From: Bugula neritina
Taxonomy: Eukaryota; Animalia; Bryozoa
Assembly (NCBI GenBank): GCA_964035545.1
Contig: OZ037769.1
Span: 14,538,633-14,602,632 of the forward strand
DNA length: 64,000 bases
Direction: 5' to 3'
Of the stretch, positions 1 to 11,375 are shown in pieces. The position numbers were made by a program, and so were the translations under genes. The notes beneath the pieces were generated by a model, which was given only the letters and a program-made list of their open reading frames with translations, was not told the origin of the DNA and searched no databases. Each line of letters opens with the position of its first letter. The first letter of the stretch is position 1.

Positions 1-338
1 TACTAAAGCAAAAAGCCATGACACGCATTTACTTCTTATTTTAAACAAAAATAGTAAAAATAACTTTTATTCCACAAGCTATATTGACTTATTAGAAGCT
101 GGTATACATTATTTGTTCATTTTAAATAGTTAAAGCTTAATTACTCAAAAGGCTGCGTAGGCATGCAATGTATATTGTAATAAATGCTATACTTGCACAA
201 ATGATAAAACAATGCTGAAAGCTATAATTGCAAGGTCTTGGTTGCTTAATTGTTAAGCAAGTGAAACAATATTGCAAGAGTGAATCAACTTGTTTGCATG
301 AAAGCCATCACGTTTCCATATAACTGAAAAATAATTGC

Positions 339-410
339 CCCCCCCCTGGAAATCGAACCCTATAAACCTCTGGCTTGCAAGCAAGTGTGCTAACCATTAC
401 ACCACGGGAC
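339..410 (-). mobile_element. tRNA-derived (Ala-like, TGC loop) SINE head or tRNA pseudogene
   Basis: Minus strand reads GTGGTGTAATGGTTAGCAC (A box), CTTGCAA, then GGTTCGATTTCC (B box). Stems are imperfect. A related copy lies near 11932-12000. Confidence 0.6.
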
Positions 411-757
411 CCCTGGGTATACTTAACACTACAATAACATCTCACTTAGCAAAAACAGGAACTGCATAGAAAGTCAAGCAAAATTAAAGAAAACCAGATT
501 TTTTAGTTATATTTGGTAATTTTTTAATTAATTAGAGCAATAAAGTATACACTATTATACCAGCTAAACTGTGAAAAATAGCTAAAAGTTACAGATATAT
601 TGAGTGTGTAATAAATTGAGTATAATGATCCAGATATGAATTGCTTTACAAAACAATCTTGGGTTCTTGAGTTATAATTTTTTGATTGTATCCTTAAAAT
701 AAAATTTGCAAAATTTGAGAAGTGTTTTACCTATTGACTTTTTTGACTAACTTTTAG

Positions 758-3700
758 AGCCACTTTGAGAGTGCGTCTGCGTTCCTGTTTGAGGCTACTG
801 AAAAACAAGTCTATTTCTCTGACATCACAATTCTTGTACCAAACACCTGGACACTCAACAGTTCCTGGGAAGTTGTAAGTTATTATTGAGTTTCTTGATG
901 AGTTTACAGCAGCATAAAGTATGCTGACGATCAGGTTGCTATTATACCCTCATGATTTGTTTAGTAATGAAATGCTTGCAATTCTATTACTAAGTCTAAT
1001 TAGTTTCTAGTTTTCATTAAATAGCTACATTTTACATAGTTATATAATTTATCATCAAACTTTGATCATAACTGAAGCTAAAGAGTATATAATAAAATAA
1101 GTAAATAATTTTTTTATTAGTATTATAAATGCCTTTATTTCGCATTGTAATGGTCATGCTGTGGTTTATAGTCGAAATTAAATTAGGTCACCATTTAAGC
1201 ATTTTGTAATGCACTCCTTTTTGTAGAAGCTAAAATAGCTCATTCTTGTAACTCAATATGCTAAGGGAAGTATTAAATTCTACTAATTAATTGCAACACC
1301 TTAGGCTATTGTTTTATACTATGCATGCAATTGGCAACCACAAATGTAATCACTAGTATTAAATATCTTTCTTTTGATGATGATCTGTTGAAACTGTTGA
1401 ATTTTTTCAGAACTATATGATTGTAGACCTCCAATCGCACAAGGCCTATGACTGTTTTCACAATAATATTTATTTAGGCTATAGCTTGCTGCAATTGGAT
1501 TTAATACATAAAAAGACTCAAGCCAGCTTGTATATTATTATTATTATTATTATTTAATTCATATATTGGCCTTTAAAAATCTTCATAATATATAAGAATC
1601 AATAAGCAAAAACAAACCCTTTAACAAAGTTTAATAATTGCCAGGCTGAAGATGAGACATTTGACAAAGCAAGGATCTTGGTTGGACCAGCAAACAAAGT
1701 TTGGGGGGATAAACCGTACACCCTACAACCTGGTCTATGTGGGGTGGAAGGAGACTATATTCATTATACACCTGAGTATCTGACCAATGGCACAGCTCAA
1801 GGTCCTTCTCTACTAAATCTCTGCTCTAAACTAAATTTGTTTATTTTAAAAAAAGCTTAAGTTTTCCTAAAAGTTCTTCAACTGTGTTTTGTTTGTTTCT
1901 ATACACTTGGATAGTAAAAAGTTTTATTACCTATTTTATGGGGATGTAGTTCATATTAGCACAGTTTTTACCTTTTCTTTTTAGGGAACTGAAGCTTTGT
2001 GGAAAATTTGAAGCCATTCCTATTTTTTTGCTTCAAAAAAATGATTTACATTACTTGTAAAATAAATCAAAGTCACAGCATAAGGCAATCATCAATTTGA
2101 ATAATATTTAAAGCAAGTATTAATACCTGAAACTGGTATCAATATGCTTTATATATGAGTATAGGTGATTTTCAATGCAAAACTATTATTATAGAATAAC
2201 TGGTAACTAGAGAAAAACTCCTTTGTCAGCTGTTCTCAGTAATATAGCTATAATAAATAGCATATTATTATGAATTATGCCCACATTGTGCTCTCAAAAT
2301 TTAAAAAATTTCATTGCAGGGAGAAATATAGTGAAAGAATTTGCTCATTTGAAGTGGGGGCTGTTTGACGAAGATGTTTCTACCACTGAAAAAGCTGCTT
2401 TCAGGTTCCATAATGAAAATACTGAGTTATCTCCCACCAGGTGTGCTGAAAATAATAACATTTATTTAGCAATTATTTCTACACTTCCGTCCATGCATTA
2501 TACAGACTTTATTGAGAGTTTTTAAACTTATTTCTAATATGAAATAATAACCTGATTATAAAAAAATGGTAAAATAAAAATATTCGGTAGGTTTTGTGTA
2601 TATAAATTGATTAACATGTTCAATAATGGCTACAGTGAAGACTTTATACTTTAGCTACAAAATCACCTATTGTAACTTCACTTGCTCAAAGTGAAACATT
2701 CAATATTTTATTTAAAAATACATCGTATAAGCTTAGTAAAATAAAAATAGCAAATAATTTGTGATTATGTTGAAGGTGTGGAGAATATGATGGAAGCTTT
2801 GTGAATCAAATCACTGGAGAAATCTGTGATAAAAGTAAAGAAAAGGACCCAAACTGCATATATGTACCAACTGCAGCTAAAACTGATTCTTCTATATTGT
2901 ATGCTCACCATCTACCCTCAGTAAGCACTAGTGTACAGCTCTACAAAACATCCTGCATTATCTAAATATGTTTATAAAAAGATATCATATAGTATTATGC
3001 TTTTGGGCTGGAAAGCTTAATCATTCAAAAGCTTGCATTGTTCAGACTGTATACCAGTTTCTTAGATTGTAGCACTGGTTCACATATATGTCATTCTGTG
3101 CATTTATCAATGACCTTGTGATTATTCGTAATTTGAAAATTCTTGAATTGTAGCTTTCATAATACTGTATGACTTAGTAACTTGATTGGCTATATAATTG
3201 GTTTTTCTTACAAAGGTATTGCAGTGAATTTACGATTCACTATAATTAATGGGTCTACTTATGCAAAGCCACTTCACTATATTTCGTACAAATTGAATAG
3301 ACTTTATTATTGCAAATTAGCCTAGGGCCACACGGTGCGTATTTTCGCATGCGAAAATTGAAATCACAAGTAGCAAAGGTGTCCACTGTAGCGTCAGTGA
3401 TGCGTGATAAATAAAGCTTTCATTTTTAAATCGCACTCGCTTTCAATAAAACGCAATTTACTGGAATGTAGCACTAAAATAAAGAAATTGGGCTCGCTAA
3501 ATAACTACTAGCCAATTAGGTGACGACGACAGAGATGATTCGCACTTGCGTTGAAAATGCAGAGCACAAGTGCGAATGTTTTCTCAACGCGCACAGTGGA
3601 CACCTTTGCTACTTGTGATTTCAATTTTCGCATGCGAAAATACGCACAGTGTGGCCCTAGGCTAATACAAGAAATAAAACTGTTAACATTAGTACACACG

Positions 3701-6700
3701 ATTACATAATAGAGAGTGATTTACACACAACTTTACATTATTAGAACTCGATCCACTCTGCCTAACAAGCTTCCACTACACATTGCAGCTCCGCCTACTA
3801 CTAATTGCTAGTCACATTCCATTGGTTGACACGGTGGTGCCATCCTAACGACATGATGCTGACTGCATCACGTAACCGTCTGAGATAGAGTTATCCTTTC
3901 GATATAAACTAACTAATTGGAAACACAATACTAAAACTCTTCACAGTATCTCTTCGACTAATGTATAGAGATGGCCTGAAATGTTGAATGTCTTGTTAAT
4001 TATCAACTTGTACCTTAGCAGTGTTTCATAATTGTTACTATATATATAATATCTCTACTGCAGTTATCATTGTGAAGTTTTAAGCTAATTTCAAAACTGT
4101 ACAGTTGGTCTCTATTTTGATGCAGGTTACAAAATTCTGCTCTAAAGAGACTCATTACAAAGGTCACCCAAACAGACAAAACAGGCTTTGTGAAGATAGA
4201 AGTGCCTGGGAAGTTATGAACAGTTTACCAGACTTTGGTAAGATGAGTCCTATCTTGTTTACTAAATTATAATAAATATTTATATAATACATCAGATTTG
4301 TAGCTAACATACAATTAAATTAAAGTAATTCTTCACAAGCAGTTTTATAATACGGTAAAATGGCTAGGATGGTAACCTAATACTTGCCTTCAAAGAGCAA
4401 CCAAGGGAAGATAACTTGTAATGCTTACAGCTGGTTTTTATTTAACCAAGAATTCATATATGTATAATTTTTAAATGTCATCCTTCTCTGTGGGTTTTGC
4501 AAGCACAATAAATTGAAAAGAATTGTATAATTCATTGGTTGTAGCTAAAATACAATTAGTTTGTTTATTTCTTATATATAAACTCTAAAATATTTTAATA
4601 GGTGTAGATCACCAAAAAAAGAGGATTGAAAACTTTTCATTAATTCCAAAAATTAGAATAATTCAAGAAATAGGAGCAAAAGCCCGTACAAACCAACAGC
4701 CAACCACTGAAAAACCTAATGCACCTAAAACTAGACAAACAACTACAGCTGAAGAGCACGAAAAGAAAGTAAAAACACACATTTCTGACTCATAGATTTA
4801 AACTTACTCACTGTAAAACTGATAACATTAGGGCTAGTAGTTAGAATGCATGAAGGTTTATAGTGATACAAGCAGTTTTAAAGCAGCTCAGTAAAATATT
4901 GTCAGCTTTCAAGTATTCAGGTTGATACTAGTTTTATTCTAATTATAATTTAATATATTATACGACAAACTATCATGTACTATATGGTATATGATAAAAT
5001 ATATTAACACAGTATACAATATATAGCATACTAGAATAAAATATGTTTTAATGTAGTATACCATGACATAATATATTGTATTTTAGTGTAATATAAATAA
5101 ATATGATATAATTTAATGTATTATTGTATAATATAATATGGTGCAGCATAATATAATATAATGTATTGTAATTTATCATATAATATAGCACTAACATGTT
5201 AACTCAGAAAACTATATAATATTTAGGCTTTTTCTAATATCGCTTTTTGCATTTTTAGAGTGAAGATGAAATCAAGTACGAAATTACTAGAATGGATGCA
5301 AATAATATGGCAAACGTTTTATTGTCAGTAACAGCACAGCCAGTACCCAATTCTCAACCAATAGAAATCAGCACACGAGTTGACAGCCATGACATCGACT
5401 TCGAACCAAACTCAACGGTAAACTGTGACTTTAAGTACATCAACATCATAGTTTGGCAACACAGCAGTTTATATAGTAAATTCTATATAAAATGTATAAA
5501 TCAAGTTACATGAATAAATAAAAAGGACCTTAATTAAATATAAAGTCAAAAAGTTGTTGATTTTAAGAAAGTATTATGACCGTATCAAAATAAAAAGTGA
5601 TTATAATTACCGTTGAAGTAGTCAGCAAAGAGCAAATTTAACGACAAAAAATAGTTATCAATTATTTTTGCACAGACTGCAATTCTCGACATCAATTATG
5701 TAATAAAGCAATGCATAATAAAGTTCCTTCATATTAAACATAGTAGGTATAAATATGTTTCTGAAATTACCACCTATTTTTTCAGCTGACAATATACACA
5801 AACATATTCCAAGGTCTCACACCTGTTACAAACCTGACTGTCCACTGCTTAGTGAAGACTTCTACTGATCTGGAAGTGAAAATAAAATCTTTTGACGATG
5901 GGACAGGTTAGATATCTGGTTCTTTCGGCATATTCTGAAAAACACCAAAATGTTATTAAAATCTGAGTTTAATCAGTTTGTCTACAATTTAAAGATATGT
6001 GTCCAGTCAATGTAGATTTAATAAATGTTTACTTTTATTAAAATTTTCCAGAATAATTTGTATTTAGCATTTAAACGCCATTACATGCAGAGATTGTGGT
6101 TTACTTTAAGTCTAACTACAACGTTTTTCCATTATTTATATTATGCTTGCTTTAAAATTTTCATGAATTTTAGGATTAGATTCAACCCCAAATGATGGAG
6201 TCTATACGGCATCAATGGCTTCCCACCAGTTTGAGGGCAGCGGCTACTACAGTATACAGGTAACAGGATGTAATTCAACATTACTTTTCTACAGCTAGTA
6301 AATTAAATTCAAAACTCCAAACATGCAATATCTTTGCAAGTTGCAAGTTGAATTTTTTTCAAAACTACAAGGACCTTCTTGTTTAATAAAGAACATGAAA
6401 CAAAGTTTTTAGTAAAATTAAATTAAAAAAGCTAAATAAAACTATATTGTTGAAGACGATATACATTTTAAACTTGTAAAAAATTTTGTTTGAATTGTAA
6501 GATTGAGGTAGATGGCTCTAACACAAACAGGGTTAAAAGAGGAATACAACGCACTGTATCCGGTGAGTGTAAAATAAAGCCCTAATCAAAAATCATCTCT
6601 CTCATATAGTTTTTCATATCATTTCAAAGTTTTCTTTACTATGCTCCGTTATCTTGAACTTCAGAGTTATTTTCCATACATATACAATTTTATTGAACTC

Positions 6701-9700
6701 CTCAAAACTATCTTTCTTGTATTGTAAGAGTTATCTTCACTATAGTTTATTATCGCGCTATTTAGAGTTATCTTCTTGATGTAGTTTCATATTGTTTTTT
6801 GGAGTTATACATGTGACCATGGTAACTCAATAAAATTTTAAGTTTCGATATTTGTGTAGACCTATATTGATCTGCCAAATGGCTTACACCATAAACAATA
6901 AATTTATCAATAATAATCATTGCAAGGTTAAACTGTATAGACTTAAATACTTTGTTACTTTTATGTAAGACTTATAATATTAGGATCGGTAAAGTTGTTT
7001 TCAGTGTAAAACGTTTTTTATATCTAATTGTCAGCAAAAAAATATTTTTGAACCTCAATAGATTTACTATTATTGGCCATAATTCTATGCAATACCATAT
7101 AGTTTTATTTATTACTTTACAGCATATGACTGTATTTGATATGTTATATACTCTATAATAGTCCATATAATACACTGTGTTCGCAGTACATTATAAGTGA
7201 AATATTGTGAATACATTTGCAAGGTGGAGTGTTTATTGTCAGCAACTTTACTGGTTCTGTAAGTGACAGAACTCCTCCTGACAGAATCACTGATCTGGTA
7301 GCAGACTCCGGCAGCGAAATAAACGGCAGCACTATATTTACTCTCTCCTGGACAGCACCTGGGAATGATCTGAATGTTGGTAGAGGTGAGGTGATGTGAT
7401 TTTCTTACCATATTAAGATGTCATACAGAACTGCTAAGCGCAAAAATTTTTAATTATTTGCTTTACTATACAATGTTGGTGTTACAATAACGCGATAAAA
7501 TGGATATATATTAAATTCACACAAGTTTATAGTCGCTATCCCTGTGAGAAACCTCTGATGGAAAAGGCTTTTTGTTAGAGAGGGGTAAGGACTTATTTAG
7601 ATGAGGCACAGGAGCAATTATAACTGGATGCTCTTCCTAACATCACCAATGGCCTTTGTTGAAGTTTGAACCCATGACTTCATGTTCACAGAGCAAACGC
7701 TTTAACCCCTAGACCACAGCTGCTCCCTAAGCTGTATATTAATCTATAATAAGAAAGTTAATTTGTCTTCATGCAAAACAAATCGAATTTTTATAAAACT
7801 CTTAAATCTGCAGTTCTTTTTTGAGTTTAGAATTTTTTGGATTTCTGAAATTTTAGACACTTCAGAATTCATTTGTAAATTGTTTAACTAAAAATAAACT
7901 TATTTCACTATTGTAATACCATAAGTATATTTTTACAAGTTGCACGAACGATAACAGATGCAAATTTTATTAACTTCAATGCACATTATTTTGAATTTAT
8001 ACATTCTGTTCCATTATAATTATATTCTTTTCAGCCTCCAACTACACTTTTTATGTATCCAATGACTCATCAACAAACAATCTACAAGTGTTACCAAACA
8101 ATCACAAGAGTATCCTAACTAATGTCAGCAGTCTATTAGTTGATGCCGGTACAAATCTCAAACTCGAAATAAATTTTGGTATGCATTTGTAATTTTCTAA
8201 AGATCAATTATAATTGTTTCAATAATATATTATTGCCGCATATAGTATGCCTTTATATATGTTGAATAGACTAATTTATGCTTATAATATTATATATTAC
8301 TCAGTAGAACTTATTCTCAACATTACTAATAAGTACACATTGGTTTGAACCCTCCACCTAGTAGGAGGTATGCTTTTTTCCATACTATAAGCCAGATTTT
8401 TCAACAATAAACTATTATTGATCTGCAGCAAACATATTTTGTTTACATTAAGTTGTATCTGTATATCTTTTTATTTAAAGGTTTGTTTAGAAAACAGAGA
8501 TTTGCTTGAATTTGACCAGAATGGAAAAACCTAAGGACACGACTTGTATTTTTGTAGGAAATCTAAAGGGGAACTCAACTTCAACAACATTTTATATAAG
8601 AATAGTTGCAGAAGATGACAAAGGAAATCGGGCCGACTACTCTAATCAAGCCTCCTTGAGCAAAGCTGATCCCGGCTCTCTCTCTCAGTTTGTGAGTGCT
8701 ACGTATTCCTGCTCCTTTTGGCAAGTTATTGTTCTAATAAATGTTTAAATACATGAGAATATAACTCTAAAAACAAAACTTTTTGAGGATAACTCCAATT
8801 ATTGTTAGATGTGAAATCATTTTCTCATAACAAGAAATTTGAAGCTGCTCTAGCTAGGTAGCCTATCATATTAAGGTCAATTTACATAATCTATAGTCTC
8901 TAGTTTTTTGGCATTTTTCTCACAATTTAGTCACTAGTGTGTGTGTGACCTTTTACCTTGCTTAAGTAATTAAGGCTTTTTCCAGCTCTGCTTCATTTTC
9001 TATGCTGTTTCTTACTTTCTCAGTAAACTGAGATATATAGGTTGGGTTGTAATTTTTATCGCAGATCATATTATATGTATGCATGTATTTAGCTCATATG
9101 ACAATGACGTTGTGCTTTAGTGCTGCAGAATCTACTCCCGTAAGCTTTATTTTTATGCATAGTTGGAGTGAACGACTAAAATTACCCCATATAATAACAA
9201 CCTGTTATGATTTTCGAGCAAACTTCAAATTGTGGCCCTAATAACACAATTTTCTGATGTGTACTCAATAAAGTTAATAGCATATAAAATTACTTGAGAA
9301 AAGACTTAAAATTGAAATTTTTATTAAAATTAAAACGTATACTTGAAAGCCTATATTCTACAATTTGTTAGATTAGACAAATTGTTTTTCTTAGAATATT
9401 ATACACATTTCACACTTTATATAAAATGAGTTATTTTTGTAGTTACTGCCAAACACAACCACCCAGAGCTCTACAACCCTCACCTCTACTACCCAGAACT
9501 CTACAACTCTTGCCTCTACTACCCAGAACTCTACAACTCTTGACGCAAGCACCCAGGACTCTAGAACTCTTGACGCAAGCAGCCTGGGCTCTATAACCCT
9601 CGAAGCTTATACTATTAATAGTACAGACATTAATTCTACCGCTGCATCCTCTAAACCTATAACTATTACTGCCCCTAGACCTATCTCTACTCGTAGACCT

Positions 9701-10089
9701 ACTACTACTACTACAATTGTCCCTAATACTACTGATAGTGCTAATGGTACTGTAACTACAACTGACCCCGAGAAGGATCTGTTAAAGTATGACTCATCCT
9801 CTTCAGAAATAGACAAACTTGCCATTGTAAGAATTCATCATTTATTTATCAAACAAAATATTTATGCTTCTATATGCACTAATATTATATTTAGGCCCCA
9901 AAATTACTTTTATAGTCTGTATAAGCAATAACTATAGTAAATGCCGAAAGTGTACTTATTGTAAATACGCTAGCACTAATCTTATGAGAAAATGTTTTTT
10001 CTCGTTTTTTAACACAAATATTTGTTTTATTGCAGTTACCGATGATGTTGGGACTGAGTATTGGACTTGGACTGATTGGGGCTATATAA
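758..10089 (+). CDS. CLCA-family (calcium-activated chloride channel regulator-like) protein, 5' exons outside the window. Exons: 758-874, 1645-1801, 2320-2440, 2776-2920, 4126-4237, 4602-4768, 5259-5417, 5786-5906, 6174-6259, 6502-6562, 7224-7385, 8035-8178, 8558-8691, 9443-9826, 10036-10089
   Basis: Phase-compatible GT-AG exons translate to CLCA hallmarks: ASAFLFEATEKQVYFSDITILVPNTW, DKPYTLQPGLCGVEGDYIHYTP, KEFAHLKWGLFDE, FCSKETHYKGHPNRQNRLCEDRSAWEV, FDDGTGLDSTPNDGVYT and the FnIII segment PPDRITDL...LSWTAPGND. These are followed by a Thr/Ser-rich stalk and a hydrophobic C-terminus. Confidence 0.9.
3316..3666. mobile_element. MITE (non-autonomous DNA transposon) in a CLCA intron
   Basis: Near-perfect terminal inverted repeats of about 70 bp (TAGCCTAGGGCCACACGGTGCGTATTTTCGCATGCGAAAATTGAAATCACAAGTAGCAAAGGTGTCCACTG and its reverse complement at about 3594-3664) around a non-coding core. 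Confidence 0.9.
7512..7727 (-). mobile_element. tRNA-derived SINE (His-like GTG loop), about 215 bp
   Basis: Minus strand reads GCAGCTGTGGTCTAGGGGTTAA, CTGTGAA, GGTTCAAAC, then a body containing GGCCATTGGTGATGTTAGGAAGAGCATCCAG. Five more copies occur in zinc-finger gene introns. Confidence 0.8.
9458..9610 (+). repeat. 30-bp coding tandem repeat (10-aa TTQNSTTLAS-like unit, about 5 copies) in the CLCA mucin stalk
   Basis: ACTACCCAGAACTCTACAACTCTTGCCTCT is repeated with divergence, in frame, in exon 9443-9826. Confidence 0.85.
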
Positions 10090-11375
10090 TTAGGTAAAAT
10101 ACCTACAGTTTTAGGCAATAGGCTGTATTATTAGACATTTGAAAACTACAGCACAACGGTTTTAAATGCGTTTACAAGTTAGTTTTTCTACCAGCTTCTG
10201 AAATTGTAATAGACGTTCACAAAGCTGGCCTGTTATTGTGAACATTTAATTGTTTGAATTGTTTTGAGAATATCCAAAGCAATGCTATATCACCTACAAA
10301 CAACTTTCAGATACATAATCAATCATCATATTTACTAATGGAATTCAGAAGCTATAATACTTCGGCATTGTGAGTTTCATTATAAATTAGACACTAGCTC
10401 AAAATCACTATATTGAAATCAAAAAGTTGAATTTATTTTTTATAAATAAACTGAGCAAGCATTAACAACTTGAAAAAGTAAGACAAGTAACTTTAAAAAA
10501 GTATATCTTTTTATTATTTAATTTTATCTGAGACATTGATGCCTTTTGCCCTTGAAGTCGATATATCTACATATACAAAAATATATTTTTAGACAAAGTA
10601 CGTTATAGAATATGATAAGTCAACAAGATTACTTATTTAACAATTACTATTCTTGTTGGGTAATTGACTACAAAATTTTCTATGAAAGACATATGATAGC
10701 ATAACTCTACTGAATATATGGTTGTCAATCCTGAATTTATTGTTATTGCTTGCAGGTGACTTGAAAGTTTTAGTCATTGATATATATATTTAATTTTATT
10801 AGCAATCGTTCATCTTTTGCCTTCTTTAAGAATATTATTGTGATAATTATTTTGAAAATAAAGTTATACATATTCAAATACAATTTTGTGTGTATTAATC
10901 TTATATATGATAGGTACTAAGGCTAATTATTAATAGTTAGCCACGGTGTTACAGATAGAATAATATCTCTGAAACTCTGCAATTTAAAATGGTTAGAGTA
11001 AATAGTCCCAAATGCATAAATGACAGCTAATTGAAAACGACTTCTAAAAATCATGATATTAGATTGCTGTTGAGTATAAAATTGTGAGGCCAACAGATTT
11101 ACAAAACAACAGATAGAACTCTATTTTGTATATAATTATATGTATGAGTTATCAAATATAACTTTTTTGTGTTAAAAACTTAATAAAAGTTTTAGGTTAG
11201 CTTTCAACTAAAAAACATCAATTTAAAATCATATATAACCCATTTAGTATGTATTTATTTCATTTCAATATATTGCGTGTATGCAACAGTATTTAATTAA
11301 AAATGCTTATGCTGCATATCAACAATGGAGGAGTATAGGAAAGCTTATAATATAACATTATGATCATGTGTCAAC

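Noticed and set aside
339-410. Functional tRNA genes here and at 11932 and 17585
   Set aside because: Acceptor and anticodon stems do not pair properly; better explained as SINE heads or pseudogenes.
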